From Podarcis liolepis (Eukaryota), in NCBI GenBank assembly GCA_965112155.1, contig OZ218103.1: a DNA stretch of 64,000 nucleotides. One strand, written 5' to 3'. How positions within the stretch are numbered: position 1 is the first letter of the stretch; each line of letters begins with the position of its first letter. Below are positions 1 to 11,540 of this stretch, piece by piece. Made by a program: the position numbers and the translations under genes. Under the pieces are notes generated by a model. The model made no database searches and had not been told where the DNA came from. It saw only the letters and a list, made by a program, of their open reading frames with translations.

Positions 1-603
1 TACTGAGGAGCGGGGGGGGGGGGCACATCTGTGCAAGGACCACATACCAAGTCTATCTGCCAGGGTAGTTAACAGGGGGCAGTCCTTCTATAACCTTCAC
101 ATCTGCAGAAGGTGCAAACAGAAACGGGCAACTTAGAACGCTGCAACGTACTTCTTGGATGTGCCATTGGGACGATCTCATTCCAGAACAATTAGAGGAG
201 TATGCATTCAAAGTTCTCCGCCGACACGCGAATTGTAATCACCGTGCGACACTTCAGAAATGCGTTCTCAAGACCCCTTAAACGTAGTTACGCCACCACT
301 GCATCATTTGCACAGCTGGAGTCACTAAGGGATTTCTTTCCCTACTTTTGAGGCATGTTCAAGACTGAGGCTTTATTCACATTGTCTGGAGGAACAGAAA
401 GGGGCTTCCTCAGAAAGCATGTAGCTCAGACTTCTTAGAATTCTTGGCCTCACCGCAGAAGCGAATACACAAGACACAGAACCAAATCCCTGCAGGAACT
501 TGTGTCCTGAGCCAGGATTCCTATTTGTGTGCACGCAAACACCAAAATATTGAATCGTATGGCGGACCGGCACATCACTACCCATAAAGAAATATAAACC
601 TAC

Positions 604-639
604 CACGTATGTACCAGGCGATGAAGAAGAGTATGGAAT
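604..639 (-). CDS. SSBP3: SSBP3 coding exon (~exon 12, 36 nt): IPYSSSSPGTYV
   Basis: Acceptor tcttcttgcag|ATT, donor GTG|gtaggt; peptide visible within ORF 373..801. Confidence 0.94.
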
Positions 640-938
640 CTGCAAGAAGATCAGAGCATAGGCATTACTTGATGAAATATACCAACTGTACAGGGAAATG
701 AATCCTACAGGTGATGACTGTAGGCCAAGAGTCCATACAAATAAAATTATTATTATTATTATTGAATTTATATACCCCCCTATACCTGGAGGTCTCAACA
801 ACTGTTACCTGTGTCCAGGAGACAGACGCAATACATACAACCCAGATAACATAATTTCAGTCTTTCTTTTTTTAAAAAAATGTTCAGAGAACCCAAGATA
901 GGAGCAGAGGGACACTGGAGCACATCCCACTGAGAGGG

Positions 939-1028
939 CATAGCGGTCAACTTATCCCTTTTCTTGCGAGGAGTCCTATTCGGAATAAGGGAATTTCCCT
1001 TAAAAACAGGGAAACATTGACAGCTATG
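939..1028. mobile_element. Short non-autonomous DNA transposon (MITE)
   Basis: Terminal inverted repeats catagcggtcaa / ttgacagctatg; degenerate flanking direct repeat. Confidence 0.5.
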
Positions 1029-1249
1029 CTGGGAAGGGGAACCAACACATTTCAACAGAGATTCAGGAACCCTCTTAAAAGATTGCACACAAGGGAGGGC
1101 AGTGGGAACGAGCACACTAGCTCTGTCCCCTGGCCGCCATTGGATGGCAAATGTCTGAAGCCGGGAGATTCCTGTAGTTGCGGCAGTTCCCCAACCATTT
1201 TAGAAGCCTGATATTCTGGGGTTGGAAAACAAGCAAGAGTCTACCGGCA

Positions 1250-2137
1250 CACGCAGGTCCCGCTAACTGAATGCTTGTTATGCAAAAATTCGCTTAGTTG
1301 TGCCCAAACTTTGCTATACAAACGGCTGATTCAGATATCTGAACAGCTGGACTTGTGAGAATGGTGTTGCTTAATTGTGAGCTTTATTTTCAATGGTGAG
1401 CCTGACATTTTCCTACTGTATATCCGAGCCCACAAGCAAAGCCTCTTCCTCAGTCGTTGAGATGGGGGCAAAGTCGCTGTCCCTGAGCGGCGAAGAACAT
1501 GTCAGAGCCAAGCCCACAGAGTGCCAGCCAGGTTGGTGGCTGGGACAATGAGGGAGACACCAAGGATGAAGAAAGAGAGGAGGACCACTCTCCAGGGCTG
1601 AGAGAGTGAGTTTTGTCACTGCAGTAGCTGGTGGAGGAAGAAGAGGAGTTGGTGCTGATGCCAGCCTCAGCCTCATCATAGGCTTCACTCTTGGCCTAGG
1701 CCTCAGTGCCAGAGGGGGGCGAAAAAAGGAGGAGAAAGAGGTGGCGGCTGCACCAGCGGAGGAAGCTCCTCAGCTCAGCCCCACAGGCCTTCCCTTGGCT
1801 GTCCTCGCGGGCTCATGCAGTGACATTGTTGACCAACTAACTCACTGGTTAGATTCAGGCAAGGGGAGTGGAACTGGTTCAAAAACGGGAAGAAAAGGGG
1901 CAGGCCGGTAGCACTTATCAGAGATGGAGGAAGAACTGGGGGAGGGTGACGGGGTGGAGAGACCATGCTGGTGTAGATATACAGTAGGGAAATGTGGTGC
2001 TGTTGCCTTGTTTTATCAGGGAATGCAGTGGGATTTCCCAATAGAAAACAAAGGAAATGATTGGCTCGTTATGCGAATGCTCGCCTAACAAGCCATTTCT
2101 CAGCAACACATTATGGTTGGAAAGCGGGACCCATGTG
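1250..2137. mobile_element. Old Tigger/pogo-like DNA transposon with GC/purine-rich interior
   Basis: Imperfect TIRs cacgcaggtcccgct / agcgggacccatgtg followed by TA; Tigger-like subterminal motifs (cgcttagttg, ctcgttatgcgaatgctcgcctaacaagc). Confidence 0.55.
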
Positions 2138-2338
2138 TACAGGAGACTCCCTCCAACTCATGAAAGGAGACTGGAATGGTGGCTGCAGTGTGGGCCTAGT
2201 TAGTTTGGATGTCCCATCTCACCCCTACAGTAGAATGCCAGAAGACGGCAAATGAGAAGAATTCAAGTACTACAGGAAATCTAAATTATGAGGGCCAAGT
2301 TTACAAGAACAAAGGCATTCAAATAAATGGACACTTAC

Positions 2339-2387
2339 TGAATTAGCGCTGTTGGGATTGGGCCATGGTCTACCAGCTCCTGGACCC
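2339..2387 (-). CDS. SSBP3: SSBP3 coding exon (~exon 11, 49 nt): (M)GPGAGRPWPNPNSANS
   Basis: Acceptor ttttctctcaaactccag|G, donor TCA|gtaagt; phase 2-0. Confidence 0.95.
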
Positions 2388-2510
2388 CTGGAGTTTGAGA
2401 GAAAACAAGCCTTCAGCATGTACAGAGTGACAACGTGAAACCAAAATGATTTCCACATCTAGAATTGTAAGAACGTCAACAGAAAGCCAGCAGCATGGCA
2501 GGTGCCTTAC

Positions 2511-2575
2511 ATGTTAATCCCAGGCATGCCGGGCCCTAGAGAGTTGGGTGGAGGTCTCATTCCGCCGCCATAGTT
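2511..2575 (-). CDS. SSBP3: SSBP3 coding exon (~exon 10, 65 nt): NYGGGMRPPPNSLGPGMPGIN(M)
   Basis: Acceptor cattgcag|AAC, donor AT|gtaagg; phase 0-2; alternative upstream acceptor would start the exon at 2599 (see findings). Confidence 0.95.
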
Positions 2576-2599
2576 CTGCAATGATAACCAAGGATCAGT

Positions 2600-2670
2600 C
2601 TACCATAACGAGAAGGGAAACCGGAGAAGAAAAGAGAAAGGAAAAAAACAAACAAAAACGAGAGGGTTAG
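2600..2670 (-). promoter_or_regulatory. Branch point (CTAAC, 2666-2670) and long AG-free polypyrimidine tract upstream of SSBP3 exon 10
   Basis: Minus strand aaactaaccctctcgtttttgtttgttttttttcctttctcttttcttctccggtttcccttctcgttatggtag; no AG between the branch point and 2600-2601. Confidence 0.7.
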
Positions 2671-4818
2671 TTTGTGAAAATGAACTTTAATTAAAAAAAA
2701 AAGAAAAGATGATGATAATGAACATATAGGCAAAATTGGCTACTTTGAAAATGTAAAACAGGACGGCGGTATCTCTCAATTTGCTCTTTGACCAGGCAAA
2801 GGATTTTTTTTTTTAAAGAGGGAGTGGAGAAGAAAATCTTAGAAGCCACCCGAATTCCCATCTCATGGTAGGAGTGTACCAGGAATGCCCAGTGGGCTAA
2901 GGCTTCTAGCACTGGCCAATGCTGGTCATCAAGGAAGCAGTAGCTGCACCTAAAGGGTATGTAAGATGGTTATCTTGAAAGGTAATAAACACAAACAAAC
3001 AAAACCAAAAAAGAGAGGCTTGTCACAGGAAGCCAAACGGGGGAGGTAGACATGAAAGAATTAAGATTCCTTGCTTAGTGTTGTGGTGGGAGAATTGCAT
3101 GGAAAGAAGCAGGAGAAAATGTGGGGTGGGGTGGGCAGAAGAGAGAAAGATTCTGCTTTAAGGAAGACAAGGCAATGAGCACGTGATGGGGTGTTCAGAA
3201 AGGGGAATAGTGACAGCACAAAGGTTTGCAACAGCTTCTAAGTAAAGAGCATTCGGTTACAAAACAGCAAAGCTGGCCAGTCACAAAACTGCGCAAATCT
3301 TTACTGGTGTTCATGCACAAGAAAGAGAAGACAATTCTTAGGCTAGAAAATGTCATTTCTCTCCCATTAAACATGGCTGGCAAACACTTTCGGTTCCCCC
3401 AACACAGACCAAAGATAGAGCACAAATTCACTTCTGTGCACCAGAGAGATACTACAGAACTGTACTAGGTCCCACTTGTTTCGCAAAGGAGATCTAAAAG
3501 ATGAAATCTGACAGAAAGGGCGCCAATCTGTCACAGCTGCGAAGCCCACGGAAAGCTAACGATTAAGGGCTGGGGATGAAAAGGCAGCTTATTGTGGAAG
3601 TCTACATGTGAGCACTTGCTGAAACACCTGAAGAAGCCGCTTCCTCCCCACCTCTCTGAAGTCATAAATCTAGATCTAAAGTCGGCGGCTATGGATTCCG
3701 ATTTTCTTGGTTCCTGAAAGACAGCTGACACTTGGCTGGCTGATTGGCTCCCCTCCAAACATGGCTGCCCTGCAGGGCCTGATGTAGACTGCACAAAGCA
3801 GAGAGGTGGTTCAAAGCGGGTTCCTCTTTGAAAAGAGTTTAAAGCAAAATTGCAACTGGCTTACATACTGTTTATACCCTCTCGGAAGAGCTGCTCGCTG
3901 AAGACGAGGCAGAGCTCTGCTGTGATTTTGTTGCAAGGGTTTCTCAGGAACCCTCAACTCTTGAACAGAACACTTTGGCCTTCCATTTCTCCTGACAGAG
4001 GGCAGCCACAGCTGGCAACAGATCTGCTGATCATTAGCCGATCAGTACAGTCCATACTCCTGGCAAGCAAACAGACTGCTTGGCTGAATGCTAGGCAACC
4101 TAGATAGTCATTTAAAAATCTCCGTTTTTTAAAAAAAGCAAATCAAAGAGCTCCACCTGCCTCGCTAACTTCAGGTAACACAGGACAAGTGGGACAGCTC
4201 CTTCCCCACACTTTCATTAATGACATGTTTAAACTCTTATTGGCTGGGAACAGGGACCAATGCTATTTTGGAATGAGAAGCAAGCACCAAAGGGACAAAA
4301 AATGACTCCCCCCCCCAACTCCGCACCCACAGCAAGAGCTAGACACAGGGAATGCTCTTCTACACACATTTCATGCGTGGCTTTAGAAAGACTCCATGCA
4401 CCTACACTTAACAACAGCTGCAAATTCAACCACGGCAGATGCCTACGTAACTACAACGCCAATGGAATGAAATCACTCTTAAGTACGCCCCTTGGTGGGG
4501 ATGGCAAGCACATGGCTTGTCCAAGTTGTACAGCACATCCAAAAGTTTTGAAGCAGTCTTTGTTTGGCTGACACAACTATAACAGATGCAAGCTGTTATA
4601 ATAACACATCAGGGACTATTAAGAGCTTTGTACCCATCACTAACAGTGCCAGACCATTAAAATAGATAACAAAGCTATTGGAATCTAAGCTTGCCGGAAT
4701 GATTATGATGCAAGCAACTTTCTTTCTTTTTTCTCTTGCTTTCCTGGAGGTGTGTGGCTTCAACTGGTGTTCTAATGGACAAATTCATACTTTGCACCAG
4801 TATCAAGAAGTTCAGTTA

Positions 4819-5098
4819 CCATATTTTTTCGCTCTATTAGATGGACCATAAGATGCACCTAGTTTTTAGAGGAGGAAAACAACAAGAAGAAGAAATTCTG
4901 AATGAAATGTTGTTTAAGAGGCTTTGCGTGGCTATCCCTGAAGCCAGAACAGCAAGAGGGATTGCTGCACAGCAATCCCTCTTGCTGTTCTGGCTTCAGG
5001 GATAGCCGTGCAGCCTGCATTCGCTCCATAAGACGCACACACATTTACCCTTACTTTTTAGGAGGGAAAAAGTGTGTCTTATAGAGCGAAAAATACGG
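4819..5098. mobile_element. Tc1/mariner-type MITE with internal perfect 38-bp hairpin
   Basis: TA|ccatattttttcgctctat ... atagagcgaaaaatacgg|TA; TA target duplication. Confidence 0.85.
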
Positions 5099-5143
5099 TA
5101 TTTATCTTCCTCTTTTGCACTCCCCTTCAGATGCTATGCTGCA

Positions 5144-5260
5144 CAGCCCTTTCCAAACCTGGGGCTCTCCAGACTACAACTTCGGCCATTCCTGATCATT
5201 GGTCATGCTGGCTGGGGCAAATGGACAACAACTTGAAGTTCCTGGGTAGACGAAGGCTGA
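5144..5260. mobile_element. Degenerate hAT-type foldback MITE (actacaactcccatc family)
   Basis: Similar to copies at ~19.9, 27.2, 30.0 and 50.6 kb. Confidence 0.5.
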
Positions 5261-7874
5261 TGTATTATGATAAACAGGATTAATTTGTGTAAATTAGATG
5301 CAGAAGATTGAAACGTGGGCTCATACTGCACCTATTCCAATTGTTTTCTTTGCAACGATGCTGTCACAGAGTTATCAAGATCCTTCGAGTAAAGTTGTTC
5401 CTAATAGCAGGCAACTATTATTCTGCCCACTTTCTCCAAGTCTAAGCCCTCCTTCTGCACTTGCCTATGCCTCCTGCTCAGCTATTGCCAGTCCTAGCCT
5501 GAAAACAGATGGTCTGACTTAAAGCCTTCTCCTTACACTTGCTGACCCTGAGGTTAATCTGGTAATAGCAGCAGAACCTTAAGTGCTGGGCTGACTTATC
5601 ACAGGTGGCTCCCTAGGAATGGTGTTTGTAAGGGTCAACACTTTTGCTGCAGCTGCAGATCCAAAGAACTTCACAGGGTATTACTGGATGAAAGCGATTT
5701 GCAAGGAAACCCAAGGAAACGTTTTATGCACGTCCCCCCCCCTTTTAAAGTGGTAGTTCAACACTTTAAATGATTACGATTTCACAGTTGCTGAAATTGA
5801 CAAACCTGATAGTATTAGTAAAAATGACAGGGGAGATGGGAGTGAAAGAAGCAAGCCGCTTTTCTGACATGTACTAGGCCCTGTTAATACATCCCTTGGT
5901 ATGCTGACATTTTCTTAGTATCAGTTTTAGTGAGGGACTCATGGTGTGCTGGGGTTCTGGTGTCGAATCTGTAGTCGGTTTTCTATGCTGTTCCTTCAAA
6001 CACTGAACCATAATCATGGCTTGGAAGGCTGTCTGAACTGAGCCACTGCACAGATAGCTAATCCCAAAAGAAGTTTCAGAAAGTGCAAGGGACCTCACTA
6101 AAATGTGGCCACTGGTTATGGTTCCCCTGCAACTGTTTTCTGAAGTGCACATGTGGCAAGCTGGTCATCTCTAGTATCAAACCATGTGATACAGGTGCCT
6201 CAGTCTATTGGATTGGACACTACAGAAAAGCCTCACTGTGTAGCTGAGTATTACTAATGACCAGGCTTTCCATATGGTTACATGAGCAATGCTTTAAGAG
6301 ACCATGAGTTAAATGATCATCTGTAACTACCCCAAGTCAAGGAAAATCTGGCCTGAATGTCCCTAAAGTTTAATATGAGAAAGCAAAGAGAGGTATCTGA
6401 GCTTGTCAGGTTTCAGGAAGAAGCATGCTAAGAGAACAAGCAGAGAGCAGGATTGCAAAGGAAGCTCCACAGGGAAGCGGCAAGCCTGTGAAAGAAGAGA
6501 TGCACATTCCTCAGTACCATCCATCAACACTTATTTATAACAAGTAAATATGCATCATGCACCTCAATAACCTGATCCAACCATGGCACAAAAAGTGGAC
6601 CAGCCGAGAGACTGGAGAGAGGACCTTGTATCTCTCTCTCTTCACCATCTGAAACCATCTGTCCCCTTGGAAGCTTCTCACACTGATCTGTTGGCTCAGA
6701 GAGTCCCAACAGAACCCACAAAACAGACGTATTGCAACATAATTAGGTATCTAGGAGCAATGGCTTTCTAGGCAGCCTACGAAGTTGTCCAGATCCTTAA
6801 GGGTCAAACCCTGAGGTACGGATTCAACTAACTGAATTGTTCCCACTAACTGAATTGTTCCTTCTGTCCTCAGAAGGTGCTTGATCCAGAAGAGGAAGTG
6901 GGGAAGGAGCTTTTTGCTGTGTTCTCTCCCCCCCCCCACACAACCCTTTCCCCCTGTCCCAGAGAGCCTCCAACCCTCCAGAGCCGATTTTAGGGAGATA
7001 CAAGGGGCTGCAGAAGGAAGGGGTGAGTAGGTGAATGCCACCTCCCACAACGTCCACTGGCGGGAGCATTCCCTGAGTGGAGTTCTGCTGAGGGGATGCT
7101 ACCACCAGAGGTAGCAATGCTGGGATCCAAGACTGAAGCAGAACTGTATAAAAGCAGATACGGGCCATGATTGGCCCATGGCATGCATCTGAGAAGTAAC
7201 TTGTCAGCCCTCCTCCATCATTCCTCTTGCAGTATGTAGTAAATGCGAAGTATGGACATCATATACACTTTGCTGTATACATCATATAGCCAACTTTGCT
7301 GTGCAGCAAAAAAGAAAAGAAAAAGCAAGCACCTTTTGGGTCGACCTGCATAGTCGATAGGGTGTCTGCCGGTGCTATAAAGCGCAGAATAAACTGCAGC
7401 AAATTTTATTATTCAAAAAAACCACAACAATTAAGTGAAATAAATTCAGCATTGTACCCGCAAAACCCCCACCCCACCTAAGGGTTAGCATCTCAAGTTG
7501 TAAGATTCTTTCCTGACCAGAGTCCAATTAAACCGGAGTTTGCCCATTTGGATGAAAAGAGCAAAGATGGAAGGTGGGAGCAGGTGAGCACATGAAGTAC
7601 GTGATATGAGGATGTTCACTTCTGAAGCCATAACTAGATGTTGGAAGGTGGGATTCCCCCCCCCCCGCCCCCATCCAGACACATGTAAACACACTAATGT
7701 AAAATGCATTATCGCTAATGGTGAGGAAGAAAAGGTTTGGGAGGAATGGAAGTGCTCCTAGCTCTTCAAGCTCCCAGAGGCTGCTTTTATGATGTTTTGC
7801 TCGCTAACTTCATAAAGTAGCAAAGCTATTGTTTGGCACTGGACAGGGTAGGAAATGCTCTGCCCAGGTTTTAC

Positions 7875-7951
7875 CTGTGGACCTGGACCCATGGGCCCCA
7901 TTCCTCGTGGAGGATTCATCCTTTGCATTGGCCCTCCCATGTTGGGATGCC
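7875..7951 (-). CDS. SSBP3: SSBP3 coding exon (~exon 9, 77 nt): (G)HPNMGGPMQRMNPPRGMGPMGPGPQ
   Basis: Acceptor ctctcttctctcgctag|GG, donor CAG|gtaaaa; phase 1-0; partly visible in ORF 7758..7940. Confidence 0.96.
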
Positions 7952-8065
7952 CTAGCGAGAGAAGAGAGACAGGAAGATGTTACTTTATTACTGGAGAGTA
8001 ATGCACTTGGTGAAAGGATAGGCCAAGGGGAAAGAACACCTGCAGACAAGCCGAATCACATTTAC

Positions 8066-8132
8066 CTTGTTGTCGTGTGGGGTCCATTGAGTTGGGCAGC
8101 AAGGGCTGTGTACCAGGAACACCCCCTGGAGG
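8066..8132 (-). CDS. SSBP3: SSBP3 coding exon (~exon 8, 67 nt): PPGGVPGTQPLLPNSMDPTRQQ(G)
   Basis: Acceptor tttcccccatag|CCT, donor AAG|gtaaat; phase 0-1. Confidence 0.95.
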
Positions 8133-9299
8133 CTATGGGGGAAATGAAACAATTTTGAGGAAATCAAATACTTGGGAGATGCACAGTACAATTATCAATA
8201 TTGCTTTGTTACATTTGCTGCTGCAATTAGAAAAACCAGTCATGGGCTGAAGGCCCTTTTGGCTCAGCTGCTTTTATATCTATACCCAAAAGCATTAGAC
8301 GTCAAGGAAATGGGTCAATTTACCGACAAGGGTGAGGGTAGAACTGCCCCCTTATGCTATAAGCCCTGCATTTGTCTCATATTGCCATTGTGTGGTTGTC
8401 TGCAGAGGAAACATGGTTGATTCGAGGATAGGCTTAATCTTCCCTAGAAATACTCCTTCAAAAAGGAACAGGAAAACTTCCCCCCCATTCCAGTTATTCT
8501 TGGCCGACTTTCCCCTAAGCCAACAGTGAAAGGTAGGTATGGCAGAGGGAGCGGAATGAAAAAAGCAGCATTTTTAAAAGTACCATTTATTTGTATGAGA
8601 AAAATGTAACATATGGGACATCATTTTCACAATACACATGTAGGTGGAGAATGGCCTCCGCTTTATTCCCTGAATGGGTAAGTGATATCTCTTATTTATC
8701 CCAGTTCATCTATCATCAGTTCCTAGAGTCTCACGTGTGCATAGTTGAATGCTACAACCCCCTTGTCTACTAGCCCATTGAAAAAAGGGGATTTCTAGGG
8801 GAGAATCAGAAGGAAGAATTAAGAAGTCCTTTCCTTCCAGTTGTTGACGGTCTTCTAGAAATGCCTTTCACCTTTGCATTACCTTGGCCAAATGGGCTTA
8901 CTGACACAATTTGTAATTTTGTCCACTCCTGCCCTTCTTCAAAAAACAAGCCTCCTTTTCTATAGCGCTTTCAAAAATCATGCTTTTCATGCCGTAAAGC
9001 CAGAGTAAAATAGCTCCAGGTGTTTGAGTGGGCTAACTGACTGTGGCAACTCTTTTGATGCTAAATATTCTTCTAGGTTTGGTCCTTAAGTTCATCTGTG
9101 TTTATCTGGTTTGTGGGTGTTTTGCAAACACCCCCCTCCAGTTACCTGCTAAATATAAGCATCCTTCACAAGCACCTATATATTCCACAAGCATATTGAA
9201 AATGCATACACTGGAGACTAGCTAACTTTAAAAGCCCCTCAATGGATGGGGACCTAGGTATCTTATCGAGCACTTCTACCCACACCACCCAGCCTGGGC

Positions 9300-9612
9300 T
9301 CTTGGATTGTCTCAGGGGGCTCCTTCTTGTTCACAGTGTGGGGATATAGGGTAGGGCCTTATCAGTAATGGCACCATCACTTAGAAGCCATGCCATTCAG
9401 GGCCTTCTTTGACATAAACAACTGCCCTCCCAGGTTTTTGGAGGGCTTGGTTGAATCTGCTCGGGAGTTTTAGTACACTATAGCCTCCATTACTGCAGGT
9501 TTTAGTGTGTGAACTGCTTTGTTTTATCACTAGGTTTATATTTATTTTTACTGTAAACTGCTTTGGGACCACTTTGGAAGTGAAAGTTATATTCAAATCT
9601 TTATAAATAAAC
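9300..9612 (+). mobile_element. Old L2-like LINE 3' fragment
   Basis: gggccttatcagtaatggcacc ... tgtaaactgctttggg ... ataaataaa tail typical of squamate L2-type 3' ends. Confidence 0.5.
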
Positions 9613-9669
9613 CTATATAGCTACAACAGTGATGGAGTTTATCTGCACTGGCAGGGTAAGTTTTGATCA

Positions 9670-9830
9670 GGGTAGAATCTGCATGCATTTTTTAAATGTT
9701 GTGAAAATGTTGCTTTTTTAAAAAAAATCCTTTTGAAAAATACATTGAATTTGCTATAGCTCACAGTTGCCATCTAGTGTCTAGCGTATTGCACTTCCCA
9801 ACACATTTGCAGCTGCATAGCTGAGTCTAC
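9670..9830. mobile_element. Dispersed MITE-like repeat, copy A (CTCF-like motif inside)
   Basis: Clear similarity to 41286-41455 (tgttgtgaaaatg...ttgaaaaa.acattgaatttg..atagctcac.gt.gccatctagtg...tagctgagtc). Confidence 0.7.
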
Positions 9831-11309
9831 GGGTTACAAACTCACGGGGTATCACTTTTTTGGGGGGGGTGAAATAAGACCCAAGTTAGAAAGATCATGA
9901 ACTTCCATCTTTGCTGCTACCTTTTGGTTTGGGGTACCTTTACTCCAGTCTCAGCTACATTAACGCCTAGGTACCTGACCCCCCCCCATTCGACAACAAT
10001 GACTTCCTCACTGGAGAAAAACAAAAGCTTTAAAATAAGCCAGGAAGTTTCTTAAATATACCATTTCTCTCTTGCCTAATTGGCTAGATCTGCTTTCCTA
10101 AACATCAGTCATTGCTATGCCTTCATTCATTGGCTAAAAATACAGAAAAAGGAACAGGCTCATATATATTTTTTAACAAAACAAATGAGCAGAGTAGCAC
10201 CTGCATATTTTGCCTCATATTTCAGGTTCAACAAGGGCTGAAGACTTGCTTCCCCTCCACTTCTTTTTGTAATGAAAACTTGGAATCCAGGGAAGATGGC
10301 TTATCAGGTGGGTGGGGGAGGTTTGATACTCTCCTTATCCTCCCTGCAGATGCCCACGTGTGCATATCCCATTCCTCATGAATCTATCATATATCTTCAT
10401 TTTTTAAAAAGCTGTCATCCATATGCAGCCTGAGTCTCACAGTGAAGGTCCTTGAATGAAATGCTACTGATGCCAGTGCAATTTTAAGGTATACATTTGG
10501 GAAATGCACTGCGTTAAAGAAAGTTATCTGTTTGCCAACACAGATGACATTTCATCAACAAGGGTGATAGCGTTTCCCCTTCCTTCCTTACTTAACAGAA
10601 GTGAACAGATTATGAAGATGCCATTTGTATTTAAAATACGTCAACACGTTTTGTAGAAATGGTAAGATTCCTTTTTTCTTGGGCAACAAATCCTTTCAAC
10701 TTCATAATGTGCCTTCCATATTTTGATAAAGCTGGAGAGAAAAGACAGATATCGTCTCTCTCTCTAGCTATAAGCAAGTTTGCAATTTGGACATTTTCTT
10801 TAAAAAATATTTTTTTAAAAAAATAGTCCAGATCCCTCTTAACCTCACTACTTAAAAGGAGTTGTTGGCTGTAACTTAGACAGAGAACTGGTATTCCAAA
10901 ATGGATATATTGATATAAAACTTAGAAATATGTGATGCATAAAAGGTGCCGTGAAACTCCTAAGGTGCTGTGAAACTCCTGCATAGCTTTATGGGTCCCT
11001 TAAGGAGCTATGCACAGTTCAAACAAAATGGACAGAGGACCTCTGCAACTGAGGATAGGTGAGATCCAACACAGCCAAGAACATGATAACTCTCTGCTCC
11101 AGTTTTGGCAAGTCCACTTACAAAGCCATAAGTGAGTGTGATGGCACTGGATGTACATTTTTCAAAAAAAACAACACCACGTAAACCACAAATATATATA
11201 TATTTTAATCCTGCACAGAGTTATAAAAAGGAATTTAAACTGCATACAAGATTCCTTATTATTGTTATTGTTTTGGAAATGTGCAGGTGGTTGGTGTATA
11301 TGGAGGACA

Positions 11310-11540
11310 AAGCTTTCAAGGGATACCTAGTCGTGATGGCTTTGTGCTACCTCCAGGAACGGAGGCACAATGTCTCTGAATTCTAGTTGCTGGGAAACCG
11401 CAGCAGGAGGGAGAGTTTCTGCCCTCATGTCCTCCTTGTGGGTTTCCCCAAGAGGCATCTCTAGTTGGCTGCTGTGGGAAACAGGATGCTGAAACTAGAT
11501 AAGCCTTTGGTCTAATCCAACAGAGTTCTTGTTATGTTCT
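11310..11540 (+). mobile_element. CR1-group LINE 3' end fragment
   Basis: caggatgctg..actagat..gcctttggtctaatccaac...ttcttgttatgttct tail. Confidence 0.6.

Noticed and set aside
1606-1911. Plus-strand ORF with KKEEKEVAAAPAEEAP as a small protein gene
   Set aside because: GTG start, no splice or promoter support, and it lies inside the Tigger-like element.
6827-6862. 18-bp tandem duplication (and a 19-bp one at 10943-10980)
   Set aside because: Ordinary two-copy slippage duplications with no visible functional context.
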